Assembly: GCA_045602255.1 (NCBI GenBank)
Contig: JAZSBD010000011.1
Span: forward strand, 94-64,093
Reading direction: 5' to 3'
DNA length: 64,000 nt
Source: Alistipes sp.
GTDB lineage: Bacteria; Bacteroidota; Bacteroidia; Bacteroidales; Rikenellaceae
Shown: positions 10,661 through 20,113 of the stretch, piece after piece
Layout: each line of letters starts with the position of its first letter
How positions within the stretch are numbered: the stretch's first letter is position 1
The notes under the pieces: generated by a model
Told to the model about the DNA's origin: nothing
Databases searched by the model: none
The model's input: the letters and a program-made list of their open reading frames with translations, nothing else
Program-made: the position numbers and the translations under genes

Positions 10661-11998
10661 CTATCTGTTCCAAATGCCACTTGCTTTGTTATTGAGAATC
10701 TTATATGTCTGGATTTTGCCAAATACTAGATTGGGTAGGGTGTTAATAGCAATTATTGAACTTATCAAGCCAATTGCACCATAGGCCCTGACCATTACAA
10801 CAGCAATAGGTATGAATACAACTATTTTAATGCAAGATATTATGACCGTAAGGTTCATCTTGCCAACACTCGCCAAAAAGAGATTATATTGTTGTGAGAA
10901 GAGTGCTAATATATTGTAACCCACAAATATTATAGCTAATGATGTCGGCACAATCACCCTGTCACCAACCCATATGTGAAATGTAAAGTCTGAAATAAGG
11001 AATAGGATTATCTCTGCTGCAATACCCAGCATCGCAATCATCCTTAACTTTGCCATGCGGTTCTTTATCCAATTGTAGTCTTGTCTTACGTATGCATCTG
11101 TTATGGGGGTACTTGCAGCTACAATAATGGCGGTAAAGAATATGACGACTATGTTGTAATATGTATTTGCAGTATTATATATTGAAACTTGTGTAGGGTT
11201 GATAATGTTAGAAAGAAGAACATTTGCGGTTGCAAATACAACGGCTGCTGATAGTTGATTAATGAAAAATTTAAAACCTAAGGAGTATATATCTTTGAGG
11301 TATCCTGTTCGCGCATATGATATATTGGGGCATATATTCCTATATGTTGTGGTGAAGTAATAGATGTTGGCGATTATTAGAACTATCACATAGGGGGCTG
11401 TCATTGAGATGCTGGCTAGTATCAGGGAGTCATGACTAAACCAGCCCAGAACAATTACCACACATAAAGAGATTGCGTTGCCAATTGGTTTGAATGCTTC
11501 GGATATGGCAGTTCTCTGATAGGCCTTTAGAACAATTGTTACCAACTCAAATATGAATTGTCCAATAAAAGATATTAATATGCACAAAATTGATGTTTGG
11601 ATCTCGCTGTTAGAGATCTCTGTGTTGAAGATTTCACACCAATTAGTGCTGTATATTATAGGCAGCAATATTAAGAACACCCCACCCATAATCACTATGA
11701 TAGATATGTATGCGGTGCTAACAAGATGTTTGCTACGTTTAAGATCTCCATTAGCAATGGCCTCTGTCAATTTGAATTTTAAGCCAGTGCCAAGACCAAG
11801 GTCAAAGTGATGGGACCATAATACTATTGATACAATGGTGAGCCATACACCATACTTCTCTACACTGAGATAGGAGAGCAGGATGCTTACCTTGATGACC
11901 TCAATTAGCATAGTGCTACACTTAACAGCAAGGGAGCCTATGGTATTGCGGTTGAGTTTTTTGGTGCGTAGCTGAGATATATCGCTTTCTTGAACCAT
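10661..11998 (-). CDS. wzx: Oligosaccharide flippase (Wzx)
   Basis: About 12 TM segments, YGVWLTI..FDLGLG motif, C-terminal GIWNR. Confidence 0.82.
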   Translation of the reverse strand: MVQESDISQLRTKKLNRNTIGSLAVKCSTMLIEVIKVSILLSYLSVEKYGVWLTIVSIVLWSHHFDLGLGTGLKFKLTEAIANGDLKRSKHLVSTAYISIIVIMGGVFLILLPIIYSTNWCEIFNTEISNSEIQTSILCILISFIGQFIFELVTIVLKAYQRTAISEAFKPIGNAISLCVVIVLGWFSHDSLILASISMTAPYVIVLIIANIYYFTTTYRNICPNISYARTGYLKDIYSLGFKFFINQLSAAVVFATANVLLSNIINPTQVSIYNTANTYYNIVVIFFTAIIVAASTPITDAYVRQDYNWIKNRMAKLRMIAMLGIAAEIILFLISDFTFHIWVGDRVIVPTSLAIIFVGYNILALFSQQYNLFLASVGKMNLTVIISCIKIVVFIPIAVVMVRAYGAIGLISSIIAINTLPNLVFGKIQTYKILNNKASGIWNR

Positions 11999-12001
11999 TT
12001 C

Positions 12002-13303
12002 TTAATCCTTCCTAAACAGGTCCCTTGTATATACTTTGTCCATCACGTCGTTGAGGTCGAGGTGGTGACGGTTGGCGATGATGGCGTCGCTCTCGCGCTT
12101 GAACCTCGCAAGGTCGTTGACGACCTCCGAGCCGAAGAACGTCGTGCCGCTCTCCAACGTGGGCTCGTAGATGATGACCCTCGCGCCCTTGGCCTTGATG
12201 CGCTTCATAACGCCCTGTATCGACGACTGGCGGAAATTATCCGAGTTTGACTTCATCGTCAGGCGGTAGACACCCACGGTGACCTCCCTCTCCTTCGTAG
12301 CATCCCAGGCGCTCGACCCCGTGTAGTAGCCCGCCTTGCGCAGCACCTGGTCGGCGATATAGTCCTTACGTGTGCGGTTGCTCTCCACAATCGCCGTCAT
12401 CATATTCTGTGGCACCGCCTCATAGTTGGCCAAGAGCTGCTTCGTATCCTTCGGCAGGCAGTAGCCGCCATAGCCGAACGAGGGGTTGTTATAGTGGGTG
12501 CCAATGCGTGGGTCGAGACCCACGCCCTCGATGATGGCGCGCGAGTCGAGACCCTTCATCTCGGCGTAGGTATCCAGCTCGTTGAAGTAGCTCACGCGCA
12601 GCGCAAGGTAGGTATTAGCAAAGAGCTTAACAGCCTCGGCCTCCTTAACGCCCATGAAGAGCACCGGTATATCCTCCTTGATAGCCCCCTGCTGCAGTAG
12701 CTCGGCGAAGAGGCGTGCCGTCTGCTCCAGCTTCGCGCTGTCGGCGAGGCGTGTTATGGCATCGTTCTCCTGGCTGAAGCCCTCGCCCTCGATCACCTTA
12801 GGCACACCAACGATGATACGTGAGGGGTAGAGGTTATCCTCCAGTGCCTTGCTCTCGCGCAAGAACTCGGGCGAGAAGAGCAGGTTGAGGCGCTCAGCGC
12901 CGCGCTCGGCATACTTAACATAGAGGCTGCGGCAGTAGCCCACAGGAATTGTCGACTTGATGACCATCACCGCCTCGGGGTTAACCTCGAGGACTATGTC
13001 GATGACATCCTCGATATGGTGTGTGTCGAAGTAGTTCTTGTGTGGGTCGTAGTTTGTTGGTGCTGCGATAATCACAATCTCGGCATCGCGATACGCCTCG
13101 CGGGCATCGAGTGTGGCGCGAAGGTTTAGTGGTTTCTCCGCCAGGTAGCGCTCTATATACTCATCCTGAATGGGCGATATACGGCGGTTGATAAGGTCGA
13201 CCTTCTCGGCGATGACATCTACGGCCACCACATCGTTATGCTGGGCAAGTAGCGTGGCGATGCTCAAACCCACATATCCTGTTCCTGCAACGGCGATTTT
13301 CAT
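12002..13303 (-). CDS. ugd: UDP-glucose 6-dehydrogenase
   Basis: [47 protein letters not shown]. Confidence 0.95.
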   Translation of the reverse strand: MKIAVAGTGYVGLSIATLLAQHNDVVAVDVIAEKVDLINRRISPIQDEYIERYLAEKPLNLRATLDAREAYRDAEIVIIAAPTNYDPHKNYFDTHHIEDVIDIVLEVNPEAVMVIKSTIPVGYCRSLYVKYAERGAERLNLLFSPEFLRESKALEDNLYPSRIIVGVPKVIEGEGFSQENDAITRLADSAKLEQTARLFAELLQQGAIKEDIPVLFMGVKEAEAVKLFANTYLALRVSYFNELDTYAEMKGLDSRAIIEGVGLDPRIGTHYNNPSFGYGGYCLPKDTKQLLANYEAVPQNMMTAIVESNRTRKDYIADQVLRKAGYYTGSSAWDATKEREVTVGVYRLTMKSNSDNFRQSSIQGVMKRIKAKGARVIIYEPTLESGTTFFGSEVVNDLARFKRESDAIIANRHHLDLNDVMDKVYTRDLFRKD

Positions 13304-13316
13304 CTGTTCGATAGTT

Positions 13317-14324
13317 TTAGAACTTCTTGCCAAAGACAATGGCACAGAAGGTGTTAAAAAGTATCTTTATGTCGAAATACCACGAACGGTGTTCTAAGTA
13401 GTATAGGTCATACTCCAATCGACGTAGCATCTTCTCCATAGTGTCTGTGTATCCATTGTATAATGTAGCATAGCTCGTTACGCCTGGACGTATCTGATAT
13501 AAGTAACTATATCGCTTGTCGTAATCCATTATCTTGTCAATGTAAAATTGTCGCTCAGGGCGAGGTCCAATGAAACTCATATCACCTACAAATACATTCC
13601 ATAGCTGGGGAAGCTCGTCGAGGTGGTGTGCGCGAATAAACTTGCCAATCTTCGTTAGGCGTGGGTCATCGTCTCCTCCGCTATGACTAAGTTGTGGACC
13701 CATTTTTTCCGCATCAAGTCTCATGGAACGGAATTTATATATGTTGAAAGGCCTGCCAAAACGGCCAATGCGTTCCTGCTTGAATATGGCAGGTCCACCA
13801 TCTTCGCGCTTTACGAGAATATAAACAAAAAGAATTAATGGTGAAAAAATGATTAAGGCGAGACCCGCAAAGAAGCAGTCGAATATGCGTTTTGTGTTAC
13901 GCGAGAACGACGACATGCCATCTGCGATAAATTTGTTTTGTGGAAGGTGGTCACTTACTTTGGTGTCAATCCACATTTTTCGTTTTTGGGCTCGTTCTTC
14001 CTTGAGTCGTTCTATCCACTTGTTATATGCTTTGTGATCGAACTTGATAGAGCTCTCAATGCAGATATAGTCTTCAGTTTTGGTGACAACTTCATTAGTA
14101 TCACAAAGTTCCATTATTGTGAGGTTGCCAGCCATTGAACACGCTGTATTCATATCATATGAGTAGCTTCTAAGGTTGTCTTGGCCTGATGACTTAACCA
14201 TCAATCGTAGGACATAGGCTGATCGCCCATAAGCAATCCAAGTGCCTATTTCGGGATCGAAATAACAATGAGCTAATTGACCATTGTTGCTATTCTCGTT
14301 ATTAAGGATTGTTGAGGCATTCAT
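13317..14324 (-). CDS. Priming sugar-phosphate transferase (Bac_transf) with an unusual N-terminal domain
   Basis: KRIFD, F-x-[35 protein letters not shown] overlaps the upxY stop (ATGA at 14321-14324). Confidence 0.88.
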   Translation of the reverse strand: MNASTILNNENSNNGQLAHCYFDPEIGTWIAYGRSAYVLRLMVKSSGQDNLRSYSYDMNTACSMAGNLTIMELCDTNEVVTKTEDYICIESSIKFDHKAYNKWIERLKEERAQKRKMWIDTKVSDHLPQNKFIADGMSSFSRNTKRIFDCFFAGLALIIFSPLILFVYILVKREDGGPAIFKQERIGRFGRPFNIYKFRSMRLDAEKMGPQLSHSGGDDDPRLTKIGKFIRAHHLDELPQLWNVFVGDMSFIGPRPERQFYIDKIMDYDKRYSYLYQIRPGVTSYATLYNGYTDTMEKMLRRLEYDLYYLEHRSWYFDIKILFNTFCAIVFGKKF

Positions 14325-14842
14325 GATTTTTCTATTCGTTCGATATACTCTTTGGGGATATATGTCGTTGCTATGGCGGCGATGCCCTCGATGCTCACCA
14401 CAAAGCGCTTGGTGCCGTGCACACGCTTTATGTGGCCCTCCATTCCGCGGAAGATGCCGCCTGTGATGCGCACTCGCTCGTCGGCGCATAGCGTTGTCGT
14501 GTCGACGCACTCTATGGTGCGTGCCGCGGTGCGTGCCACAAAGCGGAAGCGCTCCATCTCGCTCTCGCTTATGGCGTATAGCTTCGAGGTGCCAGGCTCT
14601 GAATAGGGCATTATGTTATCCTCGGTCACACGACGCAGATGCTCTATGAAGGTGGGTGTCGTACGCAGGAAGAGTAGCGATGGCATCACCTCGATGTGGC
14701 GCACGTGCACCTCGCCATCCACAACCTCCTCCACCTCGCGCAGTGGTGTGTAGCACTCCACCTGCTCGCGTAGCGCTGTGGCGCGAACCACCGAGCCCTT
14801 GTTATGAAACGTGCGTATGGCGTACCAGGCTATACCATCCAT
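14321..14842 (-). CDS. upxY: UpxY-family (NusG-like) transcription antiterminator
   Basis: WYAIRT NGN start, PSLLFLR, C-terminal KOW ERVRITGGIFRGMEG; first gene of the polysaccharide operon. Confidence 0.88.
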   Translation of the reverse strand: MDGIAWYAIRTFHNKGSVVRATALREQVECYTPLREVEEVVDGEVHVRHIEVMPSLLFLRTTPTFIEHLRRVTEDNIMPYSEPGTSKLYAISESEMERFRFVARTAARTIECVDTTTLCADERVRITGGIFRGMEGHIKRVHGTKRFVVSIEGIAAIATTYIPKEYIERIEKS

Positions 14843-15159
14843 GTCTTTATCCCCGCCTATTACTATCTCTGTTATCTTATGCACACACCCTCTCCTCACT
14901 CGCCTCCGAGGTAAACCTCCCCAGTGACGCAGCAATTGGTGACGGCACTTTTTTGAATGACACGCAATTTTCTGACGAGCAATAATTGTGAATTATTGCC
15001 CTCGGGCTCCTTCTTGCGAAAGGACTATATCTATTATTTACTGCCCTCTATTATTTGCTACCCTTCATGTTTGCCTATGCGATTGTAAATACGCACCCGT
15101 ACTCACTTTTTCGCACCACCTCGGAACATCTACTTCTGATGTGTTCTCCAAATTTCGTG

Positions 15160-15190
15160 CAAAGTTAACAATTTATCCCCATAAGACAAA
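15160..15190 (-). promoter_or_regulatory. Bacteroidota sigma-A promoter of the capsule operon
   Basis: Minus strand TTTG-N19-TAACTTTG matches the -33/-7 consensus. Confidence 0.7.
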
Positions 15191-15509
15191 ACAATTACAT
15201 TGTTTTTGGCTCTTTTCTATGTGTGACAATTGGCTGTTGGTGCTAAAACTTCGCAATATGTCGCTAATGCCTTGTTGTGATAGTCGCTTTTCGCGGCGCT
15301 AATGACTACATATTTAGGCAGGCTATGCTATGGTGAAAAGGTGTATATTTTGCCTATATGTCTAATGGATTATTGGTGGTGCAGTACTTTGATATCACCT
15401 CTAAATTCCGTACAATTATTCGATTTTAGATGCGTAGCAGAGTGACCACTAAACGCTTGTCAGTGGTGTATATGTATGGGTGTTATGGTCCAATATTAGC
15501 TAATATGTA

Positions 15510-16649
15510 TTATAGTAATCTGCGAGCGTGGCTCTCCTCCGTAAGTCGCATAGTGTGTAAGTCGGCGCCCTCGATGATGACCAATCCTGGACACTTGCCG
15601 ACACTTATGCTACCTATCGTATCCTCCATGCCTAATGCCTTGGCGCCACCTATTGTCGCCCAGCCGAGTAGCTCTTCGAGGGGTATGTCGTCTATTTGGC
15701 GGAGGTTGTCTATTAGAGATAGCGTGCGTGCCGAACTTAGTGAGTCGCTGCCTATGGCTATCTGCGCCCCTGCCTTGCGTAGCACCTCTACGGGGGGCTT
15801 TATGCCTGATATGTAACGGTTTGACTCGGGGCATAGCACCCATGATACGGCTGTCTTGAAATGGTTGTCGAGCAGTGCCACATCCTCGGCTGTTGCCTTG
15901 CAGCCATGCACAAGTAGGGTGCGGCGATTGGCGTCAACACTCTGCACCACGCGCCTTGTTGGTGAGCCGTAGTGCAGGAAGTCGCACTCCCAGCCCATCG
16001 ACTTATACCACTGAGCGAGTGAGCCTTGGTGATTGTATAGCTGGCTCTCGTCGTCGGACTCTAAGAGGTGTATTGATATGGTTGAGGTGTTATGCTCGCA
16101 CGCCTCTCTAAATATCTGGTCTTGAAGCGAGTAGGTGGAGTGTGGCGTGACGCTACTCCTGCCATGGCGCTGGCTCATGGCCATATGGTTAGCTATGCTC
16201 TCGGTTGTGAGTCCGAAGAGCTCGAAGAGGGTGGTGTATCTGATGTTTGATGCCTCTTTTATAGGCATTATAAGCTCGTCGTTGGCAATATCCATCACCG
16301 CCTCTACGCCCTCCTCCCACATCTTGGCATCGGCAAGCGAGGCGGCACGTAGTCGCTCCTCATTAGTGTAGTTGCCGCGTACTCGGCCTATGGCGCGTGC
16401 GAAGCCTGCGAAGCCCGTCTGCTCCTCAATGGCGCCCTGAAGGTAGGATAGCTCAAGGTGGCAGTGGGCGTTCACCATGCCGGGGATAAGTATGCCGGGG
16501 TAGAACTCCACGCCAGCGCAGCTATCTATATTCTCGGACTCAGTGATGGCGACGATGCGGCGTGTGGCATCTATCTCAACAATGATATTACGCCTCAGAG
16601 TGCCATCTATGAGCGCATAGTGTGCCGATATCTTACGATTCATCGCCAC
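15510..16649 (-). CDS. Metal-dependent amidohydrolase (SsnA/MtaD-like)
   Basis: PGMVNAHCHLELS, PHSTYS, HLLES, LVHG, GSDS, GGAKALG, GSISVGK. Confidence 0.85.
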   Translation of the reverse strand: MAMNRKISAHYALIDGTLRRNIIVEIDATRRIVAITESENIDSCAGVEFYPGILIPGMVNAHCHLELSYLQGAIEEQTGFAGFARAIGRVRGNYTNEERLRAASLADAKMWEEGVEAVMDIANDELIMPIKEASNIRYTTLFELFGLTTESIANHMAMSQRHGRSSVTPHSTYSLQDQIFREACEHNTSTISIHLLESDDESQLYNHQGSLAQWYKSMGWECDFLHYGSPTRRVVQSVDANRRTLLVHGCKATAEDVALLDNHFKTAVSWVLCPESNRYISGIKPPVEVLRKAGAQIAIGSDSLSSARTLSLIDNLRQIDDIPLEELLGWATIGGAKALGMEDTIGSISVGKCPGLVIIEGADLHTMRLTEESHARRLL

Positions 16650-17577
16650 CTCTCCATATAGGGTTATACTCTAACCAGTTGATCATCCTGCCGCGTAGGG
16701 TGTCTATTGGAAGCTCAGGCAATGGCTTTGGTGTTAGTGTGTCCAACACCAAGAGGTTGATGCGGTTAAAGTCGAAGAGTCGTAGCTTGAAGTGTTGTCT
16801 ATAGAGGCTATCTACGGATGTCTGTAGTGGTAGCACACGTACAACCTTCAGGTTGCTAATCTTCACGTCGGGGCGTTTCGACTCCTCGTTGGATGGGTGG
16901 TAGTAGACGTTCAGGTAGAGCTCTGTCATGGTGGTGTCTACGTTAAACGTACGCGTAAACTTGCCCTCCTTATATCGGCTAAGCATCTGAGTGTGGCGCT
17001 TCACCTGCAGGGTGTCGTTCGCGAGCATATATACCTCCACGCGCGAGTTCTTGTTTTCGTCGAGCGTATCTATGTAGTAGGTAAACGATAGGGTATAGTC
17101 ACCAGGGATGATATCCTTGATTGAGACCCTCAGTTTGGTGGTATCCTTGAGGCGCTTAACGTGAATTAGCGAGTCTTGATATATCGTGCGTGTGAAGGTG
17201 CGCTTTGCGGTGTTATCGATGGTATCCATGATGATTAGGCGCTTCTTCTCGATGGCAGCCTCCTGCTCTAAGCGCTCGCTTGCCTTGGTGAGCAGGTCGC
17301 TTACGCGGGCACTCTTACGCTGCGATATCTCCTGTAGTGCATTGCGGAACTCCTCGACCGTATAGCCATACTTCTCGAGTATAGGCTCATAGATAATCAT
17401 AGAGTCGTTGGGGACGGCGCGCTCTTTTGCTAAGTAGGCATTAGCGATGAAGGCGTCGTGGAAGATGTTTATCAGATCCTCCTCGGGAATCTCCTTGTCG
17501 TGCTTGCAGCCAACAATCGTAGCGCACATTAGGAGTGCTATTACAGCTTTTCTAATTATATCCATTACTCTATTCAT
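16633..17577 (-). CDS. DUF4296-like lipoprotein
   Basis: Lipobox IVGC; IPEEDL..IFHDAFIA..ILEKYGYT.EEF pattern. Confidence 0.6.
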   Translation of the reverse strand: MNRVMDIIRKAVIALLMCATIVGCKHDKEIPEEDLINIFHDAFIANAYLAKERAVPNDSMIIYEPILEKYGYTVEEFRNALQEISQRKSARVSDLLTKASERLEQEAAIEKKRLIIMDTIDNTAKRTFTRTIYQDSLIHVKRLKDTTKLRVSIKDIIPGDYTLSFTYYIDTLDENKNSRVEVYMLANDTLQVKRHTQMLSRYKEGKFTRTFNVDTTMTELYLNVYYHPSNEESKRPDVKISNLKVVRVLPLQTSVDSLYRQHFKLRLFDFNRINLLVLDTLTPKPLPELPIDTLRGRMINWLEYNPIWRGGDES

Positions 17578-18773
17578 CTTCTATTTTTTTTGAGTGTCGC
17601 ACGAACTGTTAGGTGTGATATTATCCACCCTATGCAGATCATGATAAGTGCTACGGCGATTACGTCTTCTATATTTATCTTTACGGGATAACTATCAATA
17701 ACCATGTTACCCTCAATGGCTATTACTCCGTAGTGTTGCTGTATTAGGCAGAAGCCTATGCCGAGGATTGTGCCTATTAGCGTGCCACTTAGCGATAGGA
17801 GCATGCCCTCGCCTACGAAGATGCGGCGTATAAGTTTGTTGTTAGCGCCCATTGCTCGAAGTATCGCTATGTCGCCCCTCTTCTCCGTTAGGAGCATCAC
17901 CACAGAGCCCACGATTGAGAAGGCGGCAATCAGGGCTATGAAGCAGCCTATGAGCATTATGGCGAACTTCTCAAGCTCCATGATCTCGTTCATCGAGGCG
18001 TTCTTCTCCGCGCGTGTCACTACGCTAAAGTCATCGCCTACGATGCCTCCTATCTCACCCCTTATGCGCTCCACGTCGGCGCCATCCGATATGTCGATAG
18101 CGATGTGCGTTATCTTACCATCGCAGTTGAGGAGCTTTTGTGCGCGAGCGATATCCATTATCACCATCTTGGCGTCAAGCTCGGCATTGACTGTCATGAT
18201 GCCGCCTAAATAGCTTTTGGTGCGCGATATGCCACTTGTCGGCAGTATGGTAGATAGCTGTTGTCTATTTAGGGCGTTGAGCTCTACCTCGGCGCCTATG
18301 GCATTGTAGATGCCCAAGTTGCCAGCTATTGTCGAGCCAGCTATAATGGCTCCGTCATATAAGCTCTCAAGGCTACCCGCCGAGATAAACTCCTCGATGT
18401 TCAACACATCGGCGTAGCTCGCCTCGACACCTCGAAGCGTGACGGCAGTGCGATAGCCCGGGGTGGCAATCATCACGCTCTGCTCAATATAGGAGGTGTA
18501 GCTATCCACACCCTCTATGGCGGCAATGGCGTCGTAGTCGATTGTCGACTGCGAGAAGTTGCGCCCCTTTGTGGAGGTTACCTCAATGTCGGCATCCGAG
18601 GTGGAGTATATCTCCCTGATGGTGTTGTCCAACCCCTCGAACATTGAGAGGAGGATGATTGTTGCTGCTGTGGGAACGGCGATGGCGATGACGCTGACGC
18701 AGGCAATGATGTTTATCACCGAGTGGGATTTCGGTGAGAACATATAGCGTCGCGCAATCTTAAGCCACAGCAT
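17574..18773 (-). CDS. LolC/E-like (FtsX family) ABC permease
   Basis: IARRYMFS start, large periplasmic domain, EKRGDIAILRAMGA, 4-TM topology. Confidence 0.85.
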   Translation of the reverse strand: MLWLKIARRYMFSPKSHSVINIIACVSVIAIAVPTAATIILLSMFEGLDNTIREIYSTSDADIEVTSTKGRNFSQSTIDYDAIAAIEGVDSYTSYIEQSVMIATPGYRTAVTLRGVEASYADVLNIEEFISAGSLESLYDGAIIAGSTIAGNLGIYNAIGAEVELNALNRQQLSTILPTSGISRTKSYLGGIMTVNAELDAKMVIMDIARAQKLLNCDGKITHIAIDISDGADVERIRGEIGGIVGDDFSVVTRAEKNASMNEIMELEKFAIMLIGCFIALIAAFSIVGSVVMLLTEKRGDIAILRAMGANNKLIRRIFVGEGMLLSLSGTLIGTILGIGFCLIQQHYGVIAIEGNMVIDSYPVKINIEDVIAVALIMICIGWIISHLTVRATLKKNRR

Positions 18774-18793
18774 GGTGTCGGGTGCTTGTCGGT

Positions 18794-19132
18794 CTATTTA
18801 CTCAGTAGGTTATCGATATTCTCGATATACTCCAACGAATCGTCGATGAACCACTCCAACTCTGGCACAATCTTGAGCTGGTTGCGTATGCGAGCGCCGA
18901 GAAGTTTTCTGACGTACCAGCTCTTCTCCTTAATAAGGTCGAGTGTCTGCTCGCTACGCTCGAAGGGGAAGATGCTCAGATAGAGCTTCGCGTATGCCAA
19001 GTCGGGCGATATGCGCACGGTGGTTACCGTAACAAGGGTGCCACGAAGCGTATCGGCAAGCTCCTTTTGTAGTATCTCGGCTATGTCGCGCTGTATCTGT
19101 CGCGCAATCTTCTGCTGTCTTGTTGAATCCAT
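18794..19132 (-). CDS. rbfA: 30S ribosome-binding factor A
   Basis: RQQKIARQIQRDIAEI, VTTVRISPDL..AK.YLS, VPEL.WF.DDSLEY. Confidence 0.95.
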   Translation of the reverse strand: MDSTRQQKIARQIQRDIAEILQKELADTLRGTLVTVTTVRISPDLAYAKLYLSIFPFERSEQTLDLIKEKSWYVRKLLGARIRNQLKIVPELEWFIDDSLEYIENIDNLLSK

Positions 19133-19168
19133 AATTATAGTATGTCTGTGTTAGTTATTATTGCTTGT

Positions 19169-20110
19169 TTATCGTCTTACGCCTCCCGTGTTGCCGCCAC
19201 CCGCTGGTCTGCCACCCGGTGCTGATGATCTGCCTCCGCCTGCGCTGCCGCCACCCGTTTGTGCGCCATTGTTCACAGCCTTGCTGAAGTTAAACTCGTT
19301 GAGGTTGTGCTGTCGCTTTACGCGCTTCACGTTCCACTCGTCGAAGCCGCTCTTGTTGAAACGCCAGCCCACCGTGAAGGCTACATATATGTTGTCGACG
19401 GGTGAGCGTAGGGGCGAGTAGTAGAATGGGTTCTCGCGACCATCCATATTATTGGCGTAGTACTTATTGCGGTTCTTCATAAGGTCGGAGTAGCCGAAGT
19501 GGTAGCGCGCCCTAAGACCGATCTCCACCTGACCTAAGAGGACGTTGAAGCCCAAGCCTCCTGCCAAGCCGTAGCCGAAGCGGTTGTCGCGGGGCACCTT
19601 CCACTCATACTTGCCCGCCGGGAAGGCATCGTTCTCGTAGCTATAGCTTGACGATATGTTGTAGGAGAAGACCATCGCGGCCTCGATGAATATCCTTAGG
19701 CGGTTTTTAGCCACGTAGACGTGGGGTTGCCACACGAGGGGCAGCATCAAGGAGTTGACCTTGCGTGAGTAATATTTGTAGTGGCGTATCTCGTGTCTAT
19801 CCTCGCCCTCGCCCTTCCACTCCGAGGTGTAGGTATATCCGAGGTTGAAGCCGCGCTCAAGGTACTCGAGGTCGATACCCACAGCACCCACGAAGCGTGG
19901 ACGCTCGCTATAGTAGCGCCACGATAGTCCGAAGGTCTCTGCTCCCCACTGTAGCTTGGTCTCCTCCGAGGGGTAGAAGCGGGCGAAGGTGGTTCCTGAA
20001 CCTCCCGATACGCTTAATGTATGTTGTGCCGAGGCGCGTGGGCTAAATGTGAGCGCCACAACAACTATGGCAATAAGTGCCAAAGCCTCTCTATATAGTT
20101 GTCTCTTCAT
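19169..20110 (-). CDS. Outer-membrane beta-barrel protein (PorT/OMP_b-brl_2-like) with Gly-rich tail
   Basis: Signal peptide ASA-Q, alternating aromatic strands, ARYHFGYSD. Confidence 0.65.
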   Translation of the reverse strand: MKRQLYREALALIAIVVVALTFSPRASAQHTLSVSGGSGTTFARFYPSEETKLQWGAETFGLSWRYYSERPRFVGAVGIDLEYLERGFNLGYTYTSEWKGEGEDRHEIRHYKYYSRKVNSLMLPLVWQPHVYVAKNRLRIFIEAAMVFSYNISSSYSYENDAFPAGKYEWKVPRDNRFGYGLAGGLGFNVLLGQVEIGLRARYHFGYSDLMKNRNKYYANNMDGRENPFYYSPLRSPVDNIYVAFTVGWRFNKSGFDEWNVKRVKRQHNLNEFNFSKAVNNGAQTGGGSAGGGRSSAPGGRPAGGGNTGGVRR

Positions 20111-20113
20111 CTC

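Noticed and set aside
14988..15302. 104-aa ORF upstream of upxY and the many antisense ORFs overlapping real genes
   Set aside because: No recognisable motifs; these are shadow frames of coding strands or of the capsule leader/promoter.
14940..15500. Invertible capsule promoter
   Set aside because: Only short imperfect matches flank the promoter; no convincing IR pair or recombinase gene was found by eye.
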